From Pachysolen tannophilus NRRL Y-2460 (lineage: Eukaryota), in the NCBI GenBank assembly GCA_001661245.1, contig KV454012.1, positions 1,471,741-1,535,740 of the forward strand: 64,000 nt of DNA, written 5' to 3'. The position numbers and the translations under genes are program-made. The notes under the pieces are model-generated. The model saw nothing but the letters and a program-made list of their open reading frames with translations, did no database searches and had not been told where the DNA came from. Of the stretch, positions 1 to 10,920 are shown one piece after another (the stretch's first letter is position 1; each line of letters starts with the position of its first letter).

Positions 1-201
1 AGAAAATTTGAATTCTTGAACATTGTTGGTGCAGATATCGTTGAAGTTAGTCCAGGTTATGATCATTCGGAAATCACTGCTACCAATGCTGCTCAAGTTG
101 TTTTTGAAATAATGACTAGTATGACTAAAAAAATTGATTTTGAAAAAAATTCTTTCAAAACAAAAACAGAAAAACACCAATTTTTATTAAAACAACAATA
201 A
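1..201 (+). CDS. 3' end of ureohydrolase (agmatinase/guanidinobutyrase/arginase family), 5'-truncated by window
   Basis: Frame 1 open from base 1; IVGADIVEVSPGYD..EIT..AA matches the C-terminal ureohydrolase motif; stop at 199-201. Confidence 0.85.
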   Translation, partial: RKFEFLNIVGADIVEVSPGYDHSEITATNAAQVVFEIMTSMTKKIDFEKNSFKTKTEKHQFLLKQQ

Positions 202-265
202 ATAACAATATATAAATCTAGTTTGATTTTTTTTTTATTTTTTTTTATTTTTTTATTTTTGACTT

Positions 266-1687
266 TTATTCACCAATCTCTAGAACAAATGTACAAAAAT
301 ATCTAATGGCACTATATATTTCTTTCCCAACAGGTTGGATGTATTTTGTAGGTAATAAGAAACCATGAGTTCCATCATCTCTTAATTTAATTTGAAAAGC
401 CCAAAATGCCCTATTATGATACATATAATCTAATGCACTTCCACTTCCTAAACTTGGTAATAAGTCAACGTCTTTTTCAAGACAAGCACTTAATACATCA
501 TAATGTTCACCTGATTTTAATCTAATCAGCTTTGATAAACCATACAGTAATTCAATAAGATTTTCCAGATCTCTTGGTTGCTGTTCACAAGAATAAGCAT
601 AAGGGTATAAAACTTCTTGTGAATAAGAATGTAAATCAATATAACCATAAATGTTATGACTTTTATTGGTATCATTTAAATATTTATTCCATAATTGAGC
701 TTCTAAACTTTCAAATGCTGCTTCACCGGAATAATCTTCTCCACAAGGATTATCATCAGAATGAGTCCAATGATAATCAAATGAATGATCAATATCTATT
801 CCAAAACAACGAGAGATATAAGTTTCTTGTCTATTTTTACGCCATAATCTATCTTGTGTCCATGTATATTCATAACCATCTGGGTTCATTACTGGTAAAA
901 TTAAAAAATCTAAATTATCCAAAAAATATTTTTCCTTTGAATATTTCAGTTTACCATAAATACTTTGTTCATAACGAGAGAGTAATTGATAAATTATATA
1001 ACATGTTGATGATACAGAAATCCATTCTCTAGCATGAAGTCCACCAGTAATAACAATAGTTTTTTTATTAGTTATATCACTATTATGATTAGAAATACGA
1101 ACAGCTTTTAAATCTTTACCTTCAAAAGTTTGTCCAATCCATTCAACTGAGATAAGGTGAGGATATGTTTGTACAAGTAAATCCATCCAAGCATAAATAG
1201 ATTTTAAAGGTCTATAAGATTTAAAAAATAAATCTTGTGAAATTTCTAAAGAATCTCCATTTGAATTTTCTTCTTCTTGAAAAGTTTCAAAAATAGCTTG
1301 TGATAAATCATCAATCATTATTTTATAACTAATTCCTAACATATTATTTTTTTTCTGTAAAATTTCAATAAAATTTCTTAAAAAATCTTGATTTATAAAA
1401 TTTAAATCTATTGATTTTTTCAAATATGAATTAGACCAAATTTCAACATTTGTTTCATTTTTCAGTGACAGAATAACATTAAATAAATTTGATCTTGCTA
1501 AATCATCTTCATATTGAAATCTAACAACAACATTCGAAAGATATTTTGATAAATCTATTGGCCAATTAGATTTATCAACTTGTGTAAAATGAACTTGATT
1601 ATTCGATATCACTTGTTGTTCTTCACATGAAATCGATATAACATATACTGCCAATAAAAGCAATATCCTAACAATATAAAACCTCAT
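266..1687 (-). CDS. ECM14: M14 zinc carboxypeptidase-like protein (secretory/vacuolar)
   Basis: 473 aa; N-terminal signal peptide; GGLHAREWIS, NPDGYEY, WRKNR and DLHSYSQ motifs; CFGIDID variant typical of Ecm14. Confidence 0.9.
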   Translation of the reverse strand: MRFYIVRILLLLAVYVISISCEEQQVISNNQVHFTQVDKSNWPIDLSKYLSNVVVRFQYEDDLARSNLFNVILSLKNETNVEIWSNSYLKKSIDLNFINQDFLRNFIEILQKKNNMLGISYKIMIDDLSQAIFETFQEEENSNGDSLEISQDLFFKSYRPLKSIYAWMDLLVQTYPHLISVEWIGQTFEGKDLKAVRISNHNSDITNKKTIVITGGLHAREWISVSSTCYIIYQLLSRYEQSIYGKLKYSKEKYFLDNLDFLILPVMNPDGYEYTWTQDRLWRKNRQETYISRCFGIDIDHSFDYHWTHSDDNPCGEDYSGEAAFESLEAQLWNKYLNDTNKSHNIYGYIDLHSYSQEVLYPYAYSCEQQPRDLENLIELLYGLSKLIRLKSGEHYDVLSACLEKDVDLLPSLGSGSALDYMYHNRAFWAFQIKLRDDGTHGFLLPTKYIQPVGKEIYSAIRYFCTFVLEIGE

Positions 1688-2021
1688 CTTGTCATAATAT
1701 TTTTAAAAGTATTTTCTAATTAAATATTTATTTATATAATTAAATAAATATATTAAAAGATTTTTTAAAAAAAAGAGATATGATAAGAGAAAATTGAAAA
1801 ATTTTTTTAATTTTTAATTTTTTTTTCTCTTTTAATAATAATAAAAATTGAATTTATTTTAAAATAAATTCAAGATTTAAACCATGAATTGATTGTTTAA
1901 ATTAGTCAAGATATGATAAGAAAAGAAGCAATAGGAAGAGAGGAGGGGGGGGGAGATCTATATATATGAGATGTATTTTTGTATAATTTTAAAAATATTG
2001 TAAAGAAAATTTAATATAAAA

Positions 2022-2702
2022 TTATTTTTCCTTTTTATTATAATTATCATTATTATCATCATCTTTACCAACAATTAAATTGTATAATTGTTTTTGTATA
2101 ACAAAACACAAGAATGCAATTTGAACAACCACTATGAAGATGATAAGTCTATTTTTAAAAGGTACATTTAAAAAAGGGTATGGGAATCTTGAAGTTGATT
2201 GATCAATTACTGAATGTAAAAAAACCCAATATGCTGAACCTAATAATGAACAAATTAAATAACTTTGTTTATAATTTAAAATCCATTTTGGCATAAAACA
2301 ATAATAATCAATTATTAAAAAAATAACTGGTAATAAATGAATTGAAATATCAAGATATAAAGGGATTTGTATAACTCTTGTTTCTGCAATCAAATCTATA
2401 TATAAGATTCTTGTTGGCCAATAAACAATACTAACAACCATTTCCATAGTTAATGCAATAGAATGAGTTACATTTTGTAATTGATAAAGAATTTTTGAAT
2501 TTGTAATATATGCAATAATATTTATAATGAAAACAATAATTGAACAAATAAGAGCAAGATTAGTTAAAAATTGAAATCTACCAGCTTTTGCTAAAACAGT
2601 TGGTAATTTATATGAAAATAATGAAATTATAGCAGGTACCATAACCGCTAATGAAAAAATTGATAATAAAAGTGATTTATTATTCCTTAAAGATCTCATC
2701 AT
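2022..2702 (-). CDS. FAR-17a/AIG1-like multi-pass membrane protein
   Basis: 226 aa with about 6 hydrophobic segments; GRFQFLTN, SIHLLP and FPYPFL motifs of the AIG1/ADTRP family. Confidence 0.8.
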   Translation of the reverse strand: MMRSLRNNKSLLLSIFSLAVMVPAIISLFSYKLPTVLAKAGRFQFLTNLALICSIIVFIINIIAYITNSKILYQLQNVTHSIALTMEMVVSIVYWPTRILYIDLIAETRVIQIPLYLDISIHLLPVIFLIIDYYCFMPKWILNYKQSYLICSLLGSAYWVFLHSVIDQSTSRFPYPFLNVPFKNRLIIFIVVVQIAFLCFVIQKQLYNLIVGKDDDNNDNYNKKEK

Positions 2703-2829
2703 AAATATTTTAATTGATTAATTACAATTATAAAAAAAAATTATATTTATCTATTTATAAATACAAAAAATTATCATTTTAATATTTATATACTTTACCT
2801 GGGGCAAAAACAAGAAAAAAAATTATTTA

Positions 2830-2862
<33 letters not shown>

Positions 2863-2952
2863 GTTTTTAAATACTAAATCTATATAAAATAAGTATTTTT
2901 AAAATAGTTTTAATATGGGCGATGCTAAATGGGATTTAAAAAATTTAATTAA

Positions 2953-3449
2953 TTATCTTTCTAAATTAATTGAATTCCCAAATTTAGCATAAAGCACATG
3001 TTTTAATTCTGTTAATCTATCTTCTGTAATATCGATTTCATTACTTAATTTTTCAATTTTTAAATCAATTATTTCATTATCCTTAGATAATCTATCAATT
3101 ACTCTTGACAGTTTTAATAAAAGAAATGTATCTCCAATTTTATAATTAATCAATTCTTCATCATCTATTAATTCAATTTCCATCGAAACATCATCAAGAT
3201 ATTCTTTTTCTTGTTTTAAAGAATTTAAATCAGATTCAAATTCATCTTTTCTATTAATTAATTTGGAAAATTCATTAATTTTTTGTTGATCTTCCCATAA
3301 AACTTCAGTAGTATTCCGTTGTCCTTCAGGTAGCTGATTTAATTTTATATTGATGTTGGTTTTTTTTTTTAAAAAAAAAACCCATTCAATCTCTAGTTAG
3401 TCTATCTATATCTTATAGAGTAAAAAACATTCATACTTACTAGTTCCAT
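2953..3449 (-). CDS. GIM3: Prefoldin subunit 4 (2 exons: 3449-3441, 3333-2953)
   Basis: ATG GAA CTA|GTAAGT donor at 3440, GACTAAC branch near 3400, CAG acceptor 3336-3334. Spliced product MELLPEGQRNTTEVLWEDQQKINEFSKL...LYAKFGNSINLER, 129 aa. Confidence 0.93.
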
Positions 3450-4181
3450 ATTCAGCACTATTTAATTATGTATATATATATATTTTTATTTCTAATGTTT
3501 TTAATTAATTAATTAGTTTATCATTAGGTTTAATTGTATCTATATTTCACGTTCAATTTTTCAACTTTTCTACAATTTGCCATAAAAACGAACAAACAAA
3601 AAAAAAGACAAAAAGTGAACATAACCGAATTAATTAAGATGATGATATATAATATGGTTATTAAATCAGGTAAACTATAACCTATAAGAGAGATAAATAA
3701 TGTTATTGTTTAAACAATTTTGAAATGACAGAATGGAGATGATTAATTGTTAAGAAAAATATTTAAATTACTTTTTTGTAGTAGTAGTAGTTGTTGCTGT
3801 TGTTGTTGCTTATGTGTGTGTGGGGATATAGGAAACTCCAGAATTTAACTAAAAGCAATTAACAAGTTCAAGTTGTGGCTGCTCTGAAAAGCTTCCAGAC
3901 CATAAGTTATTGATTATAATAGTAGAATTTGGTTTACTTACTTATTCATTCCTGAAAAATTGAATTAAGTTAATAGGTTATGGAGTTAAAGGAGGATAAA
4001 ACGGCGGAGGTTACCGCGGAAAGTCTTGATTAAGTTATTAAGCTTGCTGCAGATCATCGATTATCAATTCAACGTTCATTTATAAATATATATATATATA
4101 TATATATAAATGCTACTATTGTTTTATTGTTTTAATACTACAGTATCAAGGAAGTTTTATATTAATTTAAATTTTTAAAAA

Positions 4182-4949
4182 ATGTCTTTTTTATCAAAAG
4201 TTAGTTTGAAAGGGAAAACTGCAATTGTCACTGGTGGTACCAAGAACCTTGGTGCTTTAACAGTTAAAGAACTTGCTGCTTTGGGAGCAAATGTTGTTAT
4301 TCATTATCATTCATCAAGTGAAAAGAATGTTGGTGAAAAACAAGTTGAAGAATTGAGTAAAGAATTTGGTGCAAAAGCTGCTTTATTTGCTGGTGATTTA
4401 TCCAAACCAGAAACTAATGAAGAATTGTTTAAATTTGCTGATAAACAGTTTGGAGGTGCTGATATTGCAATCAATAATGCTGGTATGGTTTTGAAAAAAC
4501 CAATTGAACAAGTTACTGAAGATGAATTTGATAAAATGGTCAATATCAACACTAAAGCTGCTTTTTTCTTTATCCAGAGTGCTGGTAAACATTTGAAAAA
4601 TGGAGGAACAATTATTAGTTTGGTTACCTCATTATTAGCAGCTTATACCCCTTTTTATGGTATTTATCAAGGTGCAAAGAGTCCAGTGGAATATTTTAGT
4701 AAGGCTGCATCAAAAGAATTACAAAGTAAAGCCATTACAGTAAATTGTGTTGCTCCAGGACCAATGGATACTCCTTTTTTCTACGGCCAAGAAACACCAG
4801 ACTCTGTTGCTTTTTGTAAAAGTGTTGCCATTGGTAACCGTTTAACCAAAATCGAAGACATTGTTCCAATTATTAGATTTTTGGCTACAGAAGGTTACTG
4901 GATCACTGGTCAAACCATCTTTGCTTCTGGTGGTTTCACAGCTCACTAA
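4182..4949 (+). CDS. Short-chain dehydrogenase/reductase (classical SDR)
   Basis: 255 aa; TGGTKNLG, NNAG, YQGAK (YxxxK), PGPMDTPFF and WITGQTI motifs. Confidence 0.92.
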   Translation: MSFLSKVSLKGKTAIVTGGTKNLGALTVKELAALGANVVIHYHSSSEKNVGEKQVEELSKEFGAKAALFAGDLSKPETNEELFKFADKQFGGADIAINNAGMVLKKPIEQVTEDEFDKMVNINTKAAFFFIQSAGKHLKNGGTIISLVTSLLAAYTPFYGIYQGAKSPVEYFSKAASKELQSKAITVNCVAPGPMDTPFFYGQETPDSVAFCKSVAIGNRLTKIEDIVPIIRFLATEGYWITGQTIFASGGFTAH

Positions 4950-5113
4950 ATAGTGATTTAAGTATCTATATAGTTTTCTTTGTTGTGTGTGTAACCTCTT
5001 TCCCAAGTTCCAGGTGAAAAAGATAGGTTCAATTCAATTTTTTTTTTTTTTTATATACTTTTTATTATTATTATTATTATTTTTATTATTTTTATACTTA
5101 TTAAATAAATATT

Positions 5114-8100
5114 ATGTCTATACTAATAAATGAATTAAATTCATCTGATTCTATTATTAGTTCGATTTTATTGCCATCATTTATTTTAAATGATCATAAT
5201 CCAAAATTAGCAATAGTTAAATCTAAATTAATTGAATTCTATAGTTTCAATAAAGATGGTTTAAAATTGTTTAAAAGTTTACAAACATACAACACAAATA
5301 TAGTGGCAGTTAAACCATTGAAAGAGAAAGAAAATAATTCACCATTATTGTTACTATTGAATGAATATAATCAATTGATTTCAATAAGTTATAATGGTTG
5401 CTTCATAATTAAAGAAGAATTTAAATTAATCTCATCTGATAAAAAAAATTTATATAATAGTCCAGTTCATCAATTATCTTTATCTTCATTATCATTCAAT
5501 AATGATTTAATAGAGGTTGATCATAAAAATAGATTTGCTATAGTTTCTTCAGATGAAGATCTGTTGGTTGTTTTGAAATTTAGTTCAAATTCAAATTCAT
5601 CAGAGAACCTTCTCAATAGTAATCCATTAATATATCCATTGTGGAATAAGAAAATAATTTCATTGAAGTTTTTATTATCTCCATATAATACTGATAACAA
5701 TTGTAATTTTGTCACTATTTCAAGAAATTCTCAGTTTATTTATAATTTGAATTATTATAAGATAAAAGATGATAATAGTGTTGATAATTGCATTAAAATT
5801 GATTTGATTAAAGAATTTAACCCTTTTAAAGAATTACCAAACCAATTGATCCCATTGAATAATGGTGGTGTTCTCATGCTATGTAATAATTTACATTTAA
5901 TTTATCCACCACCAAATTTTAAAATTAGTAAACATTTTAAAGATGATAATGTCAAATTAACAGTGGTTTCTTGTTTTAAAAATTTTGAATTGAATTCTGT
6001 TTTTAAAGCATATTGCGTAATAGATAACAATAGAATATTGGCTAATACTCAGCATGGAGAATTATATATGATTTATATTAATTCAGATATAAATGGGAAT
6101 AATTATATTTTAAAAGATTGGAAAGTAATTAATTTGGGATATTTAAATTTATCAACAAGTTTAATTCATTTGACTAATAATTTGTTCTTAAGTTGTTCAA
6201 ATTGTTCCAAGAGTTGTTTTTTCAAAATTGAATCCAAATCTCCATTTATTAATATTATAAATTATTTCAATAGTAATGATTTCAAAGATCAAAATTCTAA
6301 TCAATCTTTAATACATGCAGAACCAAATAGTTCTCCTATATTAGATCTACAAATTTTGAATTTTTTCACCTTGAACAATTTAATATATGTTTGCAGTCAA
6401 GGTACTTTTGAAAACTCATGTTTAAGCTTGTGCTATAAAGGTATGAAAGTATCAGATAATTTTTTAAATGGAAATGTGGTTTTCAGTGATATTAAAAAAT
6501 TTTGGATTATCGATAACCAAAATTTAATTTTATTGAAAGATAACGAATTTTTAAATTTTCAAATAATTTTCCATCATAACAAACTTAAGCTCAAGAAGAT
6601 TAATGATATAGATATCAACTATGATGAATCGGATGATCTTATTCGAGTTCATCAAAGAGAAAACTTGAGAATTCTCATATATAAGTTCAAGATTCAAGTA
6701 ATCAACATTGAAAATAATGAAACAACTTTTCTTCTGCTACCAGAAAACAAAGATAAAATCATTAATTGTAAATTTTTGGAAAAAAATGGTTCCATAGTTG
6801 TTATTACAAATGAAAGCAATTTATTTATATACAATTTGGAAAATGATGAGTATTTGAAACCTTTTAAATTTGGATTGAAAAAAGCCCAGGTTACTGCATT
6901 TGATTCAATTCTAATATCTAGTGGTAATTTTATATTAGTTAGTATTTGTTATATCTCTGGCAGTTATCAATTGATAAAATTTAACAATGATAATTTTGAG
7001 GAATTATGCTATAAGGAGAATTTTTCCGATGCTGTACTTATTTCTACATTAATATTATTTGATAATCAATGTCCATTATTACTTTTCCTTTCAGTAGATG
7101 GAGAATTGTTATTAGATTACACTCAGGTCCAAAAATTCAAAATATCAGGAATAGGCGTTATCAATAAACTTATACGGTGTAATGAATCGGAAGAGTCCTT
7201 GAAATTTTTGATTAAAAATAGTGAAAGCTTACTGGAATATGTTCTAGTTAGAAACTACAGTCTAGATCACAATGTTGATTCTTTGTTTAATTTGAACAGT
7301 TTTATTATCCAATTGTTTCCTGACGTTGAAGAAACAAAAATGTTAAACCATGTCAATAATCATCGTTTTTTAATAAATCTCACACATTCTAGAAATTTAG
7401 AAATGATTAGAGTTTCACCTAAATTAAAATGGGCTGGAAGTTCTAAAAAATTATACATAAATGAATTAATTAAAAAATTCATTTTTTTATATGTTGATCA
7501 AAAATTCCCGATACTAGTCTTTATATCTTTAATTAAAACTGAGGAGTCTTCTATTAGCAGCAATATAAATTTAGTTGATTTAAAAACATTCAAAATAGTT
7601 GATACTTATAAGTTAGAAAATGTTGAAATATTAGATATTTTGAAAAGTGATTTTAAATTGTTGAACAATGGAGAGTATTTAACAGATCAAGAATTTTCTA
7701 TTATTGAGCAACAATTATTTCGTAATGGGTTTTTGATAAATACCAGTGAAGGAATAGATGGGAATATAAGCAAATTGAGATTATTTACTATAAGCGAAGA
7801 TTTCAAAATTAAGTTTCATTGTTTAATTCAAGATTATAATAAGGGGAACGATAATTTGAATATTTATAGAATGATTAATTATCAAAAAGAAATAATTTTA
7901 TCATGTGGTAATTTTATAAATGGGTTTAAAGTAATTATCAATGGTGAATATTTTTCTTCAAAGAAAAATTTAAGTTCTAATAATCATATTGTTATAAATG
8001 ATTCAAATTTTAATGAAAATTCTATATTTAAGATTGTTTCAATATTTAATGAAAAATCAATTATGAAATCTCGAGTTTATTCGAATGAGATTATACAACT

Positions 8101-8773
8101 TTTTGATTTCATTGTTGTGAGCGATATTTTAAGTGGTTTGAATTTTTACAAAATAATTAAGAATTACAATTCCAATAATGATAATGAGATTACATATAAA
8201 TTAAAAGAGGTTAACCCTTGGATTAATAAATCTGATTTTACCATCCCATTAATTTCAAATATGGAAAAATGTAGTAATGATTTGTTAATTGCAGGAGATT
8301 CATTAAGTAATATTATTATATATAAATTTTCTGAAATTAACGATGAATTATCAGTTGAGAAAAAATTTTGTTTTAATATTGGAAATGATCAGATAAATAC
8401 TATTACTGATGCTGGAATTCATGGGATTTTGATAGGTACTTCAGATGGTAAAATATATACTTTATCTTTGTCATCGAAAAGATTAGTAGAAGTTGAGTCA
8501 CTTCAACAGAAATTATTTTCTGGAGCTAACGAAAGAAATCTCATTTTAAACAATGGTTTTAGTATTGAAGATAAATTTCAAGTAAAGAAAATTAACGAAT
8601 GGAGATTTACCGAATCTGATTCAGAATATAATAGAGATTATTGTATAATTGATATTAAATTAATTAAAGATATGTCTGAACATTTTATGCTTTCGGTTGA
8701 AGAGCAAACTACATTATCTCATCTATTAGAGAATTACGATTATAATTATGTAACAAAACATTTAGATTTGTAG
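5114..8773 (+). CDS. Large beta-propeller protein of the DDB1/Mms1/CPSF-A family (divergent)
   Basis: 1219 aa, beta-strand rich; GELYMIYI, NSSPILDLQI and GILIGTSDGKI resemble DDB1/MMS1_N/CPSF_A segments; length fits DDB1/Mms1. Confidence 0.65.
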   Translation: MSILINELNSSDSIISSILLPSFILNDHNPKLAIVKSKLIEFYSFNKDGLKLFKSLQTYNTNIVAVKPLKEKENNSPLLLLLNEYNQLISISYNGCFIIKEEFKLISSDKKNLYNSPVHQLSLSSLSFNNDLIEVDHKNRFAIVSSDEDLLVVLKFSSNSNSSENLLNSNPLIYPLWNKKIISLKFLLSPYNTDNNCNFVTISRNSQFIYNLNYYKIKDDNSVDNCIKIDLIKEFNPFKELPNQLIPLNNGGVLMLCNNLHLIYPPPNFKISKHFKDDNVKLTVVSCFKNFELNSVFKAYCVIDNNRILANTQHGELYMIYINSDINGNNYILKDWKVINLGYLNLSTSLIHLTNNLFLSCSNCSKSCFFKIESKSPFINIINYFNSNDFKDQNSNQSLIHAEPNSSPILDLQILNFFTLNNLIYVCSQGTFENSCLSLCYKGMKVSDNFLNGNVVFSDIKKFWIIDNQNLILLKDNEFLNFQIIFHHNKLKLKKINDIDINYDESDDLIRVHQRENLRILIYKFKIQVINIENNETTFLLLPENKDKIINCKFLEKNGSIVVITNESNLFIYNLENDEYLKPFKFGLKKAQVTAFDSILISSGNFILVSICYISGSYQLIKFNNDNFEELCYKENFSDAVLISTLILFDNQCPLLLFLSVDGELLLDYTQVQKFKISGIGVINKLIRCNESEESLKFLIKNSESLLEYVLVRNYSLDHNVDSLFNLNSFIIQLFPDVEETKMLNHVNNHRFLINLTHSRNLEMIRVSPKLKWAGSSKKLYINELIKKFIFLYVDQKFPILVFISLIKTEESSISSNINLVDLKTFKIVDTYKLENVEILDILKSDFKLLNNGEYLTDQEFSIIEQQLFRNGFLINTSEGIDGNISKLRLFTISEDFKIKFHCLIQDYNKGNDNLNIYRMINYQKEIILSCGNFINGFKVIINGEYFSSKKNLSSNNHIVINDSNFNENSIFKIVSIFNEKSIMKSRVYSNEIIQLFDFIVVSDILSGLNFYKIIKNYNSNNDNEITYKLKEVNPWINKSDFTIPLISNMEKCSNDLLIAGDSLSNIIIYKFSEINDELSVEKKFCFNIGNDQINTITDAGIHGILIGTSDGKIYTLSLSSKRLVEVESLQQKLFSGANERNLILNNGFSIEDKFQVKKINEWRFTESDSEYNRDYCIIDIKLIKDMSEHFMLSVEEQTTLSHLLENYDYNYVTKHLDL

Positions 8774-8892
8774 TAATATAATATTTCGATAATTAATAGT
8801 ACAAAAACCAACTAGAACGAAATAAAGTAGAAAGAAAAAAAAAAAAAAAGAAAAAAGAAAAAAGAAAAAAGAAAATCTATTATTTATTTGAA

Positions 8893-9273
8893 TTAAATCA
8901 ATAAAGTTTCAATCTTATCCTTGATACCATAAATTTGGTTTTTAATCGAAGATGCCTCATTTGTGGTGACCGAAGCAGCAATAACTGGTCTTGAAACACC
9001 ACAAGCTCTACCTAATGCAGTCTTTGATGGAACAAAAACGTATGGAACATTTTTATCTTCACAAAGTAATGGCAAATGCAACAAAATTTCAATTGGCTCT
9101 GTATCAGCAGCCATGATGATAAATTCAGAAATACCTCTGTTTAAAGTCTTTGTTGCTTCATTAGCACCTTTCTTCAATTGTCTTAAATTTTGAGCTTGTT
9201 GAACAACATCTAAAATCTGTTGACTAAGAGCTGAATCAGCTAATGGGAAAGCTTTAGGATTTGGTGCAGACAT
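8893..9273 (-). CDS. SNU13: Box C/D snoRNP and U4 snRNP 15.5K protein (L7Ae family)
   Basis: 126 aa, [13 protein letters not shown]...[15 protein letters not shown]...GRACGVSRP, near identical to yeast Snu13. Confidence 0.98.
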   Translation of the reverse strand: MSAPNPKAFPLADSALSQQILDVVQQAQNLRQLKKGANEATKTLNRGISEFIIMAADTEPIEILLHLPLLCEDKNVPYVFVPSKTALGRACGVSRPVIAASVTTNEASSIKNQIYGIKDKIETLLI

Positions 9274-9470
9274 TTTATTTATTTCACTTATATTAATTCA
9301 CTTGCTCGAAAAATAAAAAAGGTTCCTTGCTTTATTGCTCGCCCTTGATTTAATTTAACGATAAAAGAAATAAAGAAAGAGAGAAAAAAAAAATTTTTTA
9401 TACCTTTATATTTTTATGTACATATATATATATATATATCTATATTTTATATAGAGAGAAAGAGAGAAGG

Positions 9471-9534
9471 TGAAAAATTTTTTTTTTCTTTTTTTTTTTT
9501 TTTCTTCTTTAAAAAAAAAAATTATTCTCATCTC
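9471..9534. promoter_or_regulatory. RRPE (TGAAAAATTTT, 9471) and PAC (CTCATCTC, 9527-9534) ribosome-biogenesis promoter elements
   Basis: Both motifs lie 200-260 bp upstream of SNU13, a typical Ribi-regulon gene. Confidence 0.6.
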
Positions 9535-9688
9535 CGGTCACTGATCATGTGACTTTATCATACCTACTATATGAATTTCCGGGAGTACTCCGAGGGGTAG
9601 ATAAGCGATATTGTAGAAGAAAAAACATATAAATTGGCAAAACAAAAGAATCATTCAGCAATAAGTTACTGGAGCACCACTGGAATTT

Positions 9689-9748
9689 TCTCTTACTGGA
9701 ATCTCTCTCATTAGAGTCTCTCTTACTAGAGTCTCTTTTACTAAGTAA
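9689..9748. repeat. Degenerate 15-bp tandem repeat, about 4 copies
   Basis: tctcttactggaatc / tctctcattagagtc / tctcttactagagtc / tcttttactaagtaa. Confidence 0.8.
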
Positions 9749-10086
9749 GGGACACACGGTGCTGGAAATTTACTTATTATCAGTTCTTCTTTTATTTGCC
9801 CGTGTACCTTGTGGATTTATAAAAAAAAAAATCAGCTATCTTTTGGCAGATTTACCCTGAAATTTATTTTTTTTTCTTTAAAAAAACAATTTTTCTCTCT
9901 TTCTGAACATCTTAAAGGCAACCGGATTTTTGTTTTAATACGTAAGAGCTAATAAATAATAAACTATAATTAAAATAATATTGTTTATTGAGAATAATCA
10001 ATCAATTAGTTATTGGTATTGATCAATCCTTAATTTTTTCAATCGATTTGTGTTCTGTTAGATAATCAATTAAATTTAGTTAAAAG

Positions 10087-10920
10087 ATGTCTGATTTATG
10101 GTATGTTGTTATTTAATTAGTTAAATGAATAGAAATTGGAAATGAAACAGCCGCCAATGAAAAAAAAAAGTATATTTAGGCCTAATAATTATAATTATTG
10201 GATCAATTCATTGGAGGAAATGATTATTTTTTAAAAAAAAAAATAAAATAAAATAAAAGAAATTGTATTTTTGTAATGTACTAACTATAACATGTTAAAT
10301 TTTTGAAATATAGTCCAGTTTATGCTGTAAGTTATTATCAATTGTAATTGGTTTTTTATTTATAAAAAACCTTTTCAATTTTTTTTTTTTTTTTTTTTGT
10401 CTTTTTCATTGCTCTGTGGTGCTAACAGATTTTGTTTTTTTTTCTTTTTTTTAATAACATTTAGCCATTTTTTGGATCCATGGGATGTGCTGCCGCCATT
10501 GTTTTCACCTGTTTTGGTGCTTCTTACGGTACTGCTAAGTCTGGTGTAGGTATTTGTGCTACATGTGTATTGAGACCAGATTTGTTGGTTAAAAACATTG
10601 TTCCAGTTATTATGGCTGGTATTATTGCCATTTACGGTTTGGTTGTTTCTGTGTTGGTTTCGGACTCTTTGAAACAACAGCAGGCGTTGTATACTGGGTT
10701 CATCCAGTTGGGTGCAGGTTTATCTGTTGGTTTGTCGGGTTTGGCTGCTGGTTTTGCCATTGGTATTGTTGGTGATGCAGGTGTTAGAGGTACTGCTCAG
10801 CAACCAAGATTATTTGTTGGTATGATCTTGATTTTGATTTTCGCTGAAGTCTTGGGGTTATACGGCTTGATCGTTGCCTTGTTGTTGAATTCAAGAGCTA
10901 CAACTGATGTTACTTGTTAA
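10087..10920 (+). CDS. VMA3: V-ATPase V0 proteolipid subunit c (3 exons: 10087-10100, 10314-10326, 10465-10920)
   Basis: Intron 1 GTATGT..TACTAAC..TAG; intron 2 GTAAGT..TGCTAAC..TAG. Spliced product [17 protein letters not shown]...[15 protein letters not shown], 160 aa. Confidence 0.96.

Noticed and set aside
10375..10677. 100-aa ORF antisense to VMA3
   Set aside because: Antisense shadow running into intron poly-T.
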